64,000 nucleotides of DNA from Octopus vulgaris (GCA_951406725.2 OX597828.1:67394001-67458000), one strand, 5' to 3'; shown: positions 40,630 to 53,777, counted from the first letter of the stretch. The notes: generated by a model not told the origin, from the sequence alone. Made by a program: numbers and translations.

Positions 40630-40839
40630 GTTTACTTACTCTTTTACTTGTTTCAGTCATTTGACTGCGGCCATGCTGGAGCACCACCTTTTAATCGAGC
40701 AACTCGACCCCGGGACTTATTCCTTTGTAAGCCCAGTACTTATTCTATCAGTCTCTTTTGCCGAACCGCTAAGTAACGGGGACATAAACACACCAGCATC
40801 GGTTGTCAAGCAATGCTATGGGGACAAACACAGACGCAC

Positions 40840-40880
<41 letters not shown>

Positions 40881-40965
40881 TACGACGGGCTTCTTTCAGT
40901 TTCCATCTACCAAATCCACTCACAAGGCTTTGGTCGGCCCGAGGCTATAGTAGAAGACACTTGTC
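40630..40965 (-). mobile_element. SINE family A, 5'-truncated
   Basis: Family A tail and body. Confidence 0.88.
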
Positions 40966-41057
40966 CATTTTTTTCTCGTTGTTTATGTATTTAAACTCGT
41001 TTGTCTACGTATTTCATGTTGTTTACACACTTGGTAACGTCCTGTACCCGTATATGT

Positions 41058-41186
<129 letters not shown>

Positions 41187-41232
41187 GTTAACCCCTACAC
41201 ATATTTTTTCTCTCCTTGTTTTTTCTGTGTCC

Positions 41233-41268
41233 CTTTCTGCAGAAGAGCGTAGGTTCGAAACGTAAAAG
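41233..41268 (+). ncRNA. Type I hammerhead motif, A6C variant
   Basis: cttt-CTGCAGA-a-gagc gtag gttc-GAAA-cg-TA-aaag. Confidence 0.65.
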
Positions 41269-41383
41269 ACTTTTTTTATTCCTGAGCGTTATACTAATAC
41301 ATCTGTTTGTTTTGTACACCACCTGTCTTCGTCTTTCGTTTTTTTTATAAACTCTCCCTTCTTTGGATCTTTCCTTTTCCAAT

Positions 41384-41418
41384 GTTTCTGACGAAGAGCT
41401 CCGCTCGAAACGTTAAAT
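41384..41418 (+). ncRNA. Type I hammerhead ribozyme, canonical core
   Basis: gttt-CTGACGA-a-gagc tcc gctc-GAAA-cg-TT-aaat; palindromic stem III acgt (dimer type). Confidence 0.82.
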
Positions 41419-41567
41419 CCTCCTTCTTTCCTTTCCTTTCCTGAGCGTCCAATAATACTATACTTGTTCCACGTCCTCACTTTGTTGTGTTTTCTCTTTG
41501 TGTTTTCATGTTTGGATTAGCTATATATATATATATATATATATATATAGCTAATCCAAACATGAAA

Positions 41568-41628
<61 letters not shown>

Positions 41629-41649
41629 TATACAGACACACAGATGTAT

Positions 41650-41684
<35 letters not shown>

Positions 41685-41931
41685 ATTATTTAATTGAACG
41701 CCACACATCCATTTCCAAGTATATGTACACACGCGCTTGCGTGTGTATACAAAGTATTTAATCATATAAATATATAAATAAATATTTATATATTTATATA
41801 TTTATATTTATATAAATAAATACTTTGTATTAATTTTTGCCTATATGGTTGTTTTACATGCTAGCTACTTGATAAAATCCTATATTGATTTTATCCTTGA
41901 TTACAATGATATATATATATATATATATATC

Positions 41932-42116
41932 AGGAATCTAATGCTCTTAGCTTAGTTTTTTCCTTGAGGCTGGCCAGATTGGAGCAATCTCAAGATTAAT
42001 CAGCCGAAAATGCGAGGATGATCCACTTCTTGACTGAAGATTAAAGGCTTCGAATAACCCGTCCGTGTTTTTTGTATCGTCTTCTGGATGTTTTGCGTTC
42101 TTGTCCCACTTTGTAT

Positions 42117-42120
<4 letters not shown>
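41932..42120 (+). repeat. Interspersed repeat family D (copies 39555-39635, 44755-44975, and inverted 50915-51190), possibly a Penelope terminal fragment
   Basis: Shared ggctggccagattggagcaatctcaagattaatcagccgaaa..gcgaggatgatc; copies are next to (TA)n. Confidence 0.8.
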
Positions 42121-42155
<35 letters not shown>

Positions 42156-42735
42156 TTTCTACATTCAATATGTTAATGCATAATTAACAATAATTAGTGG
42201 TTTCTTATTAAAGTAACGTCTTGTGTTTCTAGCCACTGACTTTCTAAACATGGAAGATATAAATAGATATAAAAAAAAGAGCAGACAACTCTGTTGCCAT
42301 ATCAAATAGTGAAAAAGAAGACGGGAATATATGAGTAACTTAATCCAGTCACATAATTGGTGATGCATCAGGTTTTATTATTAGCAGTGAGTTCGGATTG
42401 CATTAGAGAATCGTCTTACTTCCTTTCCTCTTCAGTTTTCTCGTATTTGTGTTCCCGCCATCACCACCACCACCACACACACAAACACAGACACATACAC
42501 AGACACGCATACATGCACACGCACGCATATACATACGCATATAATGTGTATACATAAGCACGTTTGAGTGAATGCGTTTGAATGAAGTGTGTGTGTGTGA
42601 GTGTGTTTGGCTGCATAAAAGAATAAAAATCACTCAATTCATATACTAGAGTATATTAATTGTGTGTGTGTGTGTGTTTATATGAGACGGAAGAAGAAGA
42701 AGAAGAAGAAGAAGAAAAAGAAGAAGAAGAAGAAG

Positions 42736-42766
<31 letters not shown>

Positions 42767-42901
42767 CTCTTTTTTATAGTATTATTGAGTGTGTAGGGGT
42801 GGAGAGAGATATAGGATAGTAAAAGAGGGCGAGGAATTCTTGGCAGAGAAGAAGAAGAAGAAGAAGAAGAAGAACAACAACAACAACAACACCAACACCA
42901 C

Positions 42902-42933
<32 letters not shown>

Positions 42934-43562
42934 CACCACCACCACTACCACCACCACCACCACCACTACCACCACCGTTACGAGATATAAAGCAGATCCC
43001 CAAAAGTAATTTCCAATAATTTATTTAATAGACGACCGCACACGAGTGGTCTCCCTTTACACTTCACCTTTCCTTCTACTCTCCTGCTTTTACCTTAATT
43101 TCTTTTAAGGTGGAGGGGAGAATGGTGACATGGTGTCGCTACTGGTTTCTGGTGGTGGTGGTGGTGTTGGTAGTGGTGGTATTGATGGTCGTATGTCAGG
43201 GTACTGGTGATGGCACTATTGTTATTGTTGGTGGTGGTGGTGGTGGTGGTGGTGAAGTGGATGGTGGTGTCGGTGGTGGTAGTGGATGTGACACTAGTGA
43301 TTGTGATGATGGTGGTGTGGTGGAGCGGGGTAGAGAGAAATCTGTGGCAATGAAGAAGACAAAATGAAAAAATGATTCAAACCGCCAGCGTTTCAATTCC
43401 ACCCCAGATATAATTGGGGTAGTACGGGTAGAAGGAGGAGGGTTCACTATTTTGGTGTGTTTTTTTTTTTCCTGCGAGGTGAGGGCATTCTTATTGATTT
43501 ATCAGGGGATGGGAACAGCGATGGAAGCAGATACTTTTGCATTTTTATTGCTCCATATTTCC

Positions 43563-43687
<125 letters not shown>

Positions 43688-43872
43688 ATATATTTGCTTC
43701 CTTACATTTTTCAATTAACTTATGTGCTTTAATTAAAAATATGAGATTTGTTATTTGACTTGGAGACGTGCAAGAGAGATTTTCTTTACCTAAGTAACGG
43801 ATGTGGAAGAACTGTAGCCACAGTTAGACCCTGGGAGGGAGAACTAGCACATGTCTGTGCGTGTATACTCAC

Positions 43873-44014
<142 letters not shown>

Positions 44015-44216
44015 TTACATGCATATCTATATATAGATATATGTATAAACACATACACACACTCAAGCACACACATTTATATGTATATAATTATATGTAG
44101 TGTGTGTGTCTAAAGTTCGTCTCATTTTGTTCTTTACACACACGAAGATCATCATCACTATTATCATCACATAAAGTATATATATTTATGTGTGTGTGCG
44201 TGAGTGTGTGTGCGTG

Positions 44217-44273
<57 letters not shown>

Positions 44274-44618
44274 TGTTTCACATCATCAGGAAGATATGAC
44301 GGTGAAAAGAGGGAGCTGTTTTGCACTAGTAAACTCCTTCAACCCACAGCCCCCATCTTCGTTGAAACACCCCCAGGTAAATATTTGGCAAACTGTGGAG
44401 AGACTAGCATAGTTGAATTCCTGCCAAATCCTTCATACCAGTCTTATCAATAATTGGTCAGTTGGTACAAGATATTACTAAATTCCAGTTTGTTAAACAC
44501 AAGAGAACTCTCAACCAAACAAGGGTTAGTAATAAACATAATATTCCACCGCCATCACACACACACACACACACACACATGCATGTGTTCATTATGCGCA
44601 TATATATGTGTATGTATG

Positions 44619-44656
<38 letters not shown>

Positions 44657-44973
44657 CACATACATATATATATATATAAATACATATATATGCGTGTATA
44701 TATATATGTGTGTGTGTGCGCATAATGAACACATGCATGTATGTGTGTGTGTGAATCTAATGCTCTTAGCTTAGTTTTTCCTTGGGGCTGGCCAGATTGG
44801 AGCAATCTCAAGATTAATCAGCCGAAATTGCGAGGATGATCTGGTTCTTGACTGAGGATAGAAAGCTTCGAATGACCCGTTCTGGATTTTTTGTATCGTC
44901 TATCTGCATGTTTTGTTGCCCCTTTTTGTATCACCTAGTTGTCCGGATGTTTTGCGTTCTTGTCCCATTTTAT

Positions 44974-45014
<41 letters not shown>

Positions 45015-45202
45015 AATGTAACTACATACGTAGTGTTGGCGATTTCTTTTTTCTTCTTTAGACTTTGTCCTCTTCGACGAAGCGCTATGCTTGAAACGTC
45101 GAAAACGCTCTCCTTTTATTGAGCGTCAAGCTAATACATTACTCGTGCATGACCTCTTGTTGTCTATTATTGTTAATTTTATTATTCGTTTATTTGAATT
45201 GA

Positions 45203-45345
45203 TAGGCGCAGGGGCGGCTGTGTGGTAAGTGGCACCCTGGGCAAGTGTCTTCTACTATAGGCTGGGGTCGATTTGCTCGACTAAAGGTGGTGTTCCAGCA
45301 TAGATGCTTTGAAATGACTGAAACTATTAAAAGAATAAAAGAAAA
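45203..45345 (+). mobile_element. Internally deleted SINE family A
   Basis: Head, CORE-like box and tail joined, with two internal deletions. Confidence 0.75.
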
Positions 45346-45539
45346 AGAAAAAATATATATATACTAGCATTATGACCCGTCGTTGCCGGGTCATAGAACT
45401 AGTGCATGTATATATGTGTATATATATATGTGTACATATTACATGTGCATCTATATATATACATCTACACATAAAATACAAAACACAAAGTTATATCTTG
45501 ATATCGCTAGTGATAACAATACTCAAAATATATAACAGA

Positions 45540-46130
45540 CTGGAATTGTAGGCCCGTCTCTTGCAATTTCGATCAATTGTATCTTGTCCTCCCTCTTGTA
45601 TAGAAGTGTGGCTACAATCCAGCCTACCTCTACTTCTGGGGGGACATTTTTAATTTTTATCCGGGGCGTCCTACGTCCCAGATATAAAGGTAAAAATAAA
45701 ATATTTCCACTTTGCAAGGTTCGAGTCGAGTACTCCCATGCACGCTCCGTTGACTCGAACCTTGCTTCTATTGTGGCGAATTTACCGCCTCTGATTAGAT
45801 ACTTGATATCTTTCATAGTCGCACCAAGACACTTTTCGATGGTGCTTTTCCTCCAGGTGTTCAAATCTTTTTTTTCTACATTGTATACTTTATAGACAAT
45901 AGTCTTTTCTTTAATTTAATTTTTTATTTCGTTTGGTGGTGTTATCCTAGATTCACCGTCTTTGTCGGTGATCAATCCGAAATAGGTTTGTATTTCTTCC
46001 ATTTTAATTTTAATGAGTTCGCGCCCGCCGACGGCTGCAGCGAAATTCATTTTTGGACTTTCTTCGATCGAAGGCATTTTAACAAAATTCTTCCGTATAA
46101 ACGGTGAAAATATTGTCAATTTCCCCAAAC
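45540..46130 (-). pseudogene. 5' ORF1 fragment of an L1/Tx1-like LINE
   Basis: MPSIEESPKMNFAAAVGG...(frameshift)...KFATIEARFES...LPLYLGRRTPRIKIKNVPPEVEVGW; resembles the N-terminus of a LINE ORF1; truncated. Confidence 0.6.
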
Positions 46131-46454
46131 AGGAACACAATTCAATTTTTAAACAATAACCAAAGCTCCTTCTCCCAAAGGGGGAGGGTTACAGTTTACA
46201 ATTATTTAACAAATGCAACACAACAACGTTTCCCTTACGAGGAACCAACAAACGTGATAACAATAGCTAAACAGTAATAGTAATAACAACAAACCTTACG
46301 GTGAATCAAAAAGCAGTACGCAGTTGAAGCTATAGTCCTTTATGTATAAGAAATAAACCAACAGCAGTACTCAGTAGAAGCGACTGTTCGATAAAACAGA
46401 CATTACATACAGCCAAACTTCATATAGATACTTAATGCTAGCTAATTAGCAGAT

Positions 46455-46820
46455 ATTGTTGTATTTCGGAATGGTCATTTTGCCAGTTTAGCCAATAAAA
46501 ACGCACGCACTATATATTTGGTGTTACTTTGCTTCAGTGATATTTATTTTTTACATTAAATTTTATCTTATTTCGGCCAGAGTTCTTTCGTCACACTCCT
46601 GTGACCGCATCAGTAGTCCTTTGCTTTCTTCTTTCTTATTTGTGTCTCTCCTTACTAACCGTCAGCCATTTTGTATTTCTATTGTATGTGTCTTCATTTG
46701 CGCATGCGTATATCTCTATGTGCGTCTATGTTTAGTTAGTGTGGGGGGTGCCTGTAATATTTGTATCTTCTGTTTATATACGTTCGTGTAATTTGTTTTT
46801 GTTTATTCTTATTTTGTTCA
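46455..46820 (-). repeat. HHR-bearing repeat family H2 (copy of 5770-6135)
   Basis: Reverse-complement match. Confidence 0.85.
46575..46618 (-). ncRNA. Type I hammerhead-like motif (A9C)
   Basis: Minus strand: gacta-CTGATGC-g-gtcac aggagt gtgac-GAAA-gaac-TC-tggcc. Confidence 0.65.
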
Positions 46821-46835
46821 TGTGTTTACATCCAC

Positions 46836-46896
<61 letters not shown>

Positions 46897-47171
46897 CATT
46901 ATTACTTATGCTTGTATGTATGTATGTATAACAACAATACTAGTAATAATAATAAAACAATTTTTTTTATATTAAAAGAAAAAAACCTTCCTTATTCTTC
47001 TCCTCTCCCCTTCACCGTTCCCTCTCTCTTACTCCTCCACCTCCTCCTCTTCCTCGACTCTCTCGTCACTGACACGTGACCAGAGGGAAGCCATCTTTCC
47101 AACTGCTATCTTCACCGAGACAAGACTGTTTCATCAAAGTCGCATCTTGTCCAATATGTGACCGCGTGTGT

Positions 47172-47355
47172 ATCGCTGGTGATTTTCTTTCTCCATCTTC
47201 CCTTCCTTGGATCTCTTCTTTCCCTATGTTTCTGACGAAGAGCTCCGCTCGAAACGTTTAATCCTCCTTCTTTCTTTCTTTCCCGTGCGTCCAATAACAC
47301 TATACTTGTTCCAAGTCTTCACGTTGTTGTGTTTTCTCTTTGTTCATGTTTGGAT

Positions 47356-47405
<50 letters not shown>

Positions 47406-47597
47406 ATCCAAACAAGAAAAAAAAACAAAAAAACACAACAACGCAAGGACGTGGAACAAATAAAGTATTATTGGACACTCAGGAAAGAAGGGAAGAAGGA
47501 GGGTTTGACGTTTCGAGCGGAGCTCTTCGTCGGAAACATAGGAGAAGGAAAGATCCCGAGAAGAGAAGACAGGGGAAAAAAATCGCTAGTGGTACAG
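47172..47597. repeat. Foldback of family H1 around (TA)20 with HHRs on both strands (47228-47262 +, 47503-47537 -)
   Basis: Imperfect arms of about 190 bp; + gttt-CTGACGA-a-gagc tcc gctc-GAAA-cg-TT; - gttt-CCGACGA-a-gagc tcc gctc-GAAA-cg-TC-aaac. Confidence 0.85.
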
Positions 47598-47649
47598 ACG
47601 AGGTCCTGTAGTAAAGAACCTCGCTTTGCACTAGTGTCATGTACTATAG

Positions 47650-47960
47650 TCACATGGTTGTGTTCATTACCACGTGAATGGATTTGAAATGCGGAAACTG
47701 TGTGGAAGCCCCATGTGGAGTGGGGGTATGTACATATATATATATATATGGGGAGGTCTTTGTGCTTGTTTATGTCACCCACCACCGCTTGACAACTGCT
47801 GTTTGTTTATGTCCCTGTAAACATGGCAGTTCGGCAAAAGCGAACGATAGATTCAGTACCAGACTTAAAAATAAATACTTGGAGTGATTTGTTCGATTAC
47901 ATTTTCAAGGGGATACTCCAGCATGGCTGCGGTCCAATGACTGAAACAAGTAGATGAAAT
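47650..47960 (+). mobile_element. Old diverged SINE family A
   Basis: cgcttgacaac...cggcaaaag...ccagcatggctgcggtccaatgactgaaacaag. Confidence 0.75.
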
Positions 47961-47996
47961 ATAAACGAATACTTACAGATACATACATACGTACAT

Positions 47997-48040
<44 letters not shown>

Positions 48041-48069
48041 TTATACATATATCTACATATATATATATA

Positions 48070-48508
48070 TATATAAAGCTGAAGTTGTCTCTGTGTGTGT
48101 GTATGGCAGGTTTGGTAGCCTTCAACTAACACTATCTCCTCCGAGACCCTGCAAACAAGTTGACCAAAATTGAGAGTATGATAGAAGAAGGCTCTTCGTT
48201 CCGTAAAAGAAAAAATTCAAATCGGACCATGTTAAGATCGAAAATTATTTACATAAAAAAGGTGCTTTTTTTTTCTATGAAAATCCCTACCTTTTACGGT
48301 TTTTTGACTGGTGTGTCGCCATTTTTCGGTGTATTTCAACCAGAAGAAATTTCACTTAAAGAGAATAACAAGCTACATAATACAAAATTTCTGCTTTTCA
48401 AAAAAGATTGAAACTATGTCAAAACTTTGTTAACGCGACATCAAAGTCTGCCGTTTTAAGCGCAACTAAAAAACAAAAACCCGGAGCAACGCCGGGCTAT
48501 AGTGCTAG
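48070..48508 (+). mobile_element. Non-autonomous Helitron (distinct family)
   Basis: Head tatataaagctgaagttgtc..., end cccggagcaacgccgggctatagtgCTAG|t. Confidence 0.85.
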
Positions 48509-48527
48509 TATATATAGTATATAGGTT

Positions 48528-48581
48528 TTTGTCAGTGAACAGGTCGCGGATTTTAGCGACGAAAATTTTTTTTTTGACAAA
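48528..48581 (+). ncRNA. Family H3 hammerhead (G3-C8), stem III decayed to poly-T
   Basis: tttgtca-GTGAACA-g-gtcgc ggatttta gcgac-GAAA-at(n)-tgacaaa. Confidence 0.6.
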
Positions 48582-48660
48582 TTAAACTTAAATGTTGAAG
48601 TGAATCGAACGGCTTTTGTGTGTTTCTTAAATGGCTTATAAACACCTTCCACGCTGCAAT

Positions 48661-48724
<64 letters not shown>

Positions 48725-48800
48725 TTTATCATTAAAACTGCAAAAACGTCATGAATATATATTAAAAAAAACTGCTACTTTCGTCGGACAGTCGTGATTC

Positions 48801-48838
48801 TTGTCCGACGAACGGGAACGTGAAACTCCGAGTAGCAG
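48801..48838 (+). ncRNA. Type I hammerhead-like motif (family H5, U4C)
   Basis: ttgt-CCGACGA-acg ggaa cgt-GAAA-ctccgag-TA-gcag. Confidence 0.55.
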
Positions 48839-49430
48839 CTTTTTGTGATAATCCTGTGATGTTTTTGCAGCTATTCGGGTACTATTTCTTCCATCTTGTT
48901 TCACATATATGTGCTTACTCTAGTATACATATATGTAATACGTGTGCATTTACATCCATCCATGCACTCACATACACACATACACACACGCACACACACA
49001 CACACATATATATTACACACACACACACATACACAGAGTAATAAACAACCAAATACATCCATCAAACAAGCCAGCGAGGAAAAGAAAGAGAGAGAGAGGA
49101 GAGAAAGAAATAGAAAGGGAGAGTAAAGTAGGGGTAGACAAGCAGGCAGCAGACAGTGGCCATGGTGATGGAGTGAGGAAGTGTCTCTGCAATTGTGACC
49201 TCCTTCTCCTCCTACCACTACCACCACCACCACCCCTCCTACCTCTTATCTCTTGATCTACTTTTCAGTGGGGGTTCATCGAAAGTTCAAACTGTAAAGG
49301 CTTCCACAATGCTTGTGTGTGTGTGTAGTTTCGCAATGTAAGCGTATTTGTGTGTGTCTGTGTGTTTGTGCATGTTCAGTTTGCGTGTCGTGTGTCTATA
49401 TGTATGTAAGCTTTTGTTGTAGTATATGTT

Positions 49431-49678
49431 GGTACTACTAGCGAACAGTGGTCCCGGTGCGCGCACACGCGCATTCGCGCATCCGCGCTAGCTAGTCGTG
49501 ACTAGTCGATCCTATAACGACTACCTAGCAAAGTAAATAAAACACAAAAACACAAAGAAAATAATTTTATAAACAAAATAACACAGCACAAATTAAGGAT
49601 CGACTAGTCATGACTAGCTGGCGCGGATGCGCAAGTACGCGAGGGCAAGCACCGGGACCACTATTCTCAAGTAGTACC
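49431..49678. mobile_element. Mutator-like MITE, TIRs of about 90 bp, 9-bp TSD
   Basis: TIRs ggtactact...gatcct and aggatc...agtagtacc; TSD gtatatgtt at 49422-49430 and 49679-49687. Confidence 0.9.
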
Positions 49679-50786
49679 GTATATGTTTATGTGTTGTACC
49701 TTTTATATAGTGTATGTGTGTGTGTGTTTGTGTGTGAGTTGTGTGCTGCGTGCATGTAAGTGTGCATGTGTGTCTGTGTGTTTGTGTGAATAATGTGTAT
49801 ACGGCTTTTGCGTAGTGTGTGTGTGTCAGTAATGTGTGCGTCTATCTGTGTATCTGTGTGTGTGCGGGTCGCGCGTCTGTGTCTATGTGGGTGTATGCAT
49901 GCAGTGGGTGTGTGTGTGTGTCTCTATGTGTGTATGTGTGTGCGGCTTGCGTGCGGAAGTGTTTGAGTGTGTGTCTAATGTGTATGTGCGTGGTGCGTAG
50001 TGTGTGTGTGTGTGTGTGTGCGCGCGCGCGCGCGTGTGTATCTGTCTGTCTGTCTGTGATATGGCTTGCGTGTGCATGTTTGAGTATGTGTGTGTGCGCA
50101 CGTGTCGTGTGAAGTTTGTGCATTATGTGTGTGAGTGTGTGTATACATGTTTGTGTGTCTGGGCGCAGTGTATGTATGTGTGTGTGTGTTTGTGCGTCTT
50201 ATGCATCTGTGTATTTATGTATGTATGTGCAATAGCGTGAGTAGTTGTAGTGTGTGCGTGTGTGTGTGAATAGAGGTTTGCGTATGTGGTACATTTATTG
50301 CCCGCTTTTGTGGTTTTGCATATTTCCATAGTATCACGACTACGTATGTAAGAGGGGTAATGTGTATACGCGCTTGCACGCACGCAAGCACGCATACACA
50401 CACTCACACACACTCACACACATACACACACATTCCACCGCTTGACAATTGGTGTTGTGTAGCGGTTCAGCAAGAACGCACCGACAGAATAAGTGCCGGA
50501 CTTTAAAAAAAAACGTACAAGGGTCGATATGATTGGACTAAACTCTTCGAAGCGGTGCCTCTAAGGACTGAAACAAGTTAAAATTAAACTATTATATGTG
50601 TGTGCACGAGCACCTGAGTGTGTATGTATTAATGCATGTGTGTGTATATATATTTATATATATGAATCCAGATAAAAAAGTCACAGGGGGATGGGGGTTG
50701 TCCTAGGGGGGATTTTCTCCGGATCCCATAAATTAATTGTAACTTTTTTCCTGTGACTTTATTACCGGTCACCATATATATGTATG

Positions 50787-50909
<123 letters not shown>

Positions 50910-51270
50910 GTATATGTAAAAGAAAATACAAACTGGGACAAGAACGCAAAACATTTAGAAGACGATACAAAAAACACAGAAGCCTTCAATCTTCAGTCAA
51001 GAACCGGATCATCCTCGCAATTTCGGCTGATTAATCTTGAGATTGCTCCGATCTGGCCAGCCCCAAAGGAAAATCTAAGCCAAGCGCATTAGATTCCTTG
51101 GAAGAAAGCCTCGAATGTATACAAAACAAGGACGGAATAACGGACGATATTACACGAATAAGAATACAAAAATACGTAAAAACAATAATGATAATAATAA
51201 TAACAAAAACAGGACATATCGCTAGCCACTACACATTCTTTATTTTTTCTCCTTGTTTCTTTCTGTGTTC

Positions 51271-51306
51271 CTTTCTGTGGAAGAGCGTAGGCTCGAAACG
51301 TTAAAG
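51271..51306 (+). ncRNA. Family H1 hammerhead motif, A6U variant
   Basis: cttt-CTGTGGA-a-gagc gtag gctc-GAAA-cg-TT-aaag. Confidence 0.65.
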
Positions 51307-51388
51307 CCTTTTTCACTTCCCGAGTGTTATACTAATATATGTGTTTGTTGTCTACACCACCCGTCTTCGTCTTTTGTTTTTTGGGAAT

Positions 51389-51420
<32 letters not shown>

Positions 51421-51869
51421 ATAGTTATTTATTCATACAAGTACAAGTATCAATGGAAATAACAGGAGTTGAAAATGCACTGAGGGTGAAGCATAAAATT
51501 ATTCATTTATATTAAATAGTAATATAAAAATCAATAGGATTTGAAATGCATGCAGTAAAAATATTCTCAAGCAAACTGAAAGAGGTTGCTTCTAATTTGT
51601 CAAACCTGACCAATTTCAGAACTAAGTACGGTGATAGAAGTGAACACAATGGAGACTGCGGAATCGAGAGCTAAACTCAAATCCAAAGCAAGAAAACAAG
51701 ACTGATCCGGAACCTGGATTGTCAATTCAAGATCCTAAAGATAACTATTTCGAAAGTTAAAAGGCACTAAATAAATTTGAAAGATACAAAAATTGCAGCC
51801 AAGCAAAAAGACACTTAAACAGGTAAATTTCAAAAGATTTATAGTAAAAATTTCAGTTCTAAAGAAATT

Positions 51870-52960
51870 AGAATGAGACTAACTTAATTACTGATATTTT
51901 TAGTCCATGATATTTTTCGATGATTTCGATATCTTGGATCAATTTTCTTTTGATCTAGAAGTTGCAGTTTCACGTGATTTACAAGCATCCATGTTATTCA
52001 GTTTTCGTTAACAGTTCGCTAGGTGGTTTATAATCATAGCAACATTTACCACTTCGTTTAAGTTTATATTCAAAATTTCTTTCAGTGTTTTTATACTTAG
52101 ACGGTAATTCTCATTTGATTTCATAAAACTCATGTAGCTAAATTCTCTCTCTCTACATCAGCATATGTATGTGGTAAAATGAGAAATGTTGAAGCTAACT
52201 TGGACAATTGATCAAATGGATTTTTTCCCAAACCAATCCCCATACAACAATAGTTCAGTCCAGACAGAAACTGTGTATGAAACGCGTGTCCATCGTACAT
52301 GTTTTAAAATTTTTCCATTAAAAATTCATTTTTGTTAAAATCCCTAAACTTTCATAACAACATTTTACAAGATCTATAAATTCCTGAGTCTATTTATTTG
52401 AAATATTCTGCTATACTATTAGTTCTCAGTCGGGATCCATATGGTCTCTGGGGACCCTTATAAGATTTTGGGGATCCACTCTAGCAAAATAGTGAATAGG
52501 GATCCGTTGTAGTATATTAAGAGGCCTTGAAAAGTTTTGATTTAAATGTATGACAAGAAACAGCTGGGTTTCTTTCTTTGACATTTTACACAGTGAATAA
52601 CAAAACAGGAATTTCGAAAGAAGTGTCTATAAAATTAGTGTTTAAATATCGAATGGTTATAGGAATCCACCAGAATGAAATCAAAGGGTTCCATAGATAA
52701 AAAAAAATTGGCTGAGAACCAACCACTGCTGCACCAAAGCAACTCATTGATTGTAAAAGACGAAAATAATTCTGGAAGATGCTGTTTAATCTCCAAAACT
52801 TCCACAACATATTTTGTACATCAGCCTCTTATCTCATTTTCGTCATGCTCAGTAAAATTGCATTCTGAGATCTCCTGATAATCAAGATACGGCTACGGAT
52901 CTAAATAATCTTGCATTGAATCATCTGCATGTAACCTTTTCCTTGGCATTATAATTATTG
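51870..52960 (-). pseudogene. Degenerate hAT transposase C-terminus (dimerization domain), interrupted by a MITE
   Basis: Minus strand: NPFDQLSKLASTFLILPHTYADVER..FSYMSFMKSNENYRLSIKTLKEILNI, matching LPHSNA.VER.FS.M...K...RNRL. Confidence 0.75.
52418..52727. mobile_element. hAT-type MITE
   Basis: Degenerate TIRs tagttctcagtc and ggctgagaacca..cactg with repeated gggatcc subterminal motifs. Confidence 0.55.
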
Positions 52961-53239
52961 AACATTTAGATTTGAATCAAAGAAATGCTTCAGAAGAGCC
53001 TTCAATAATTTAGTAGGGTCTTGGGTTTACTCACAAACATTCGTAATTCGTCGTGGGACGGGAATGCTCTTGCGTTCACTCTTTAAAATTCGTTTCTAAA
53101 CTCTTAATTTCATGGGTCTGAGGCCTAAGTAGCTCTTCACAGGTGAAGGCCCTAAAATCTGAGAAGCTTTTCGTGTGTTTCCAGTCTTCTGATTTTGGCT
53201 AAAATTCCCGTAGAAATATGGAAATTTGTATCATAATGT

Positions 53240-53590
53240 GCAGACGGGGCTGTGTGGTAAGAAGCTTGATTCCCATCCACATGGTTCCGGGTTCAGTCCT
53301 ACCTTTGGGTAAGTGTTTTCGACTATAGCCTCGAGCCGACCAAAGCCTTGTGAGTGAATATGGTAGACGGAAACTGCAAGAAGCTCGTCATATGTGTGTG
53401 TGTGTGTCTGTCTGTCTGTCTCTATGTTTATCCGCACTACCATTTGACAACTAGCGTTGGTGTGCTTACACCCCCGTAACTTTTGTGGTTTGGCAAAAAA
53501 ACACCGATAGAATAAGTAAAAGTCTTACAAAAATAACTTCCAGCATGGCTGCAGTTCAAAGAGTGAAACAAGTAAAAGATAAGCGATTAA
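53240..53590 (+). mobile_element. SINE family A
   Basis: Head to tail on the + strand. Confidence 0.85.
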
Positions 53591-53616
53591 AGAAAAAATA
53601 TTTCTCCAAAGTCAGC

Positions 53617-53700
53617 TTTTGCCGAACTGCTAAGTTACGGGGACGTAAACACACCAGCATCAGTTGTCAAGCGATGTTGGGGTGGGGGGACAAACACAGA

Positions 53701-53777
<77 letters not shown>

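Larger units (their letters stand above)
41188..41522 (+). mobile_element. Retrozyme or Penelope-like repeat (family H1) made of two related units of about 150 nt, each with an HHR
   Basis: HHRs at 41233 and 41384, each followed by ttcctgagcgt..a.taatac; pieces of this family also at 8463, 28450, 40255-40410, 45020-45170, 47172-47597 and 51230-51400. Confidence 0.8.

Noticed and set aside
42030-42062. ctgaaga...ttcgaat in repeat family D as an HHR
   Set aside because: GAAA and stems I and III are not recoverable in any of the four copies
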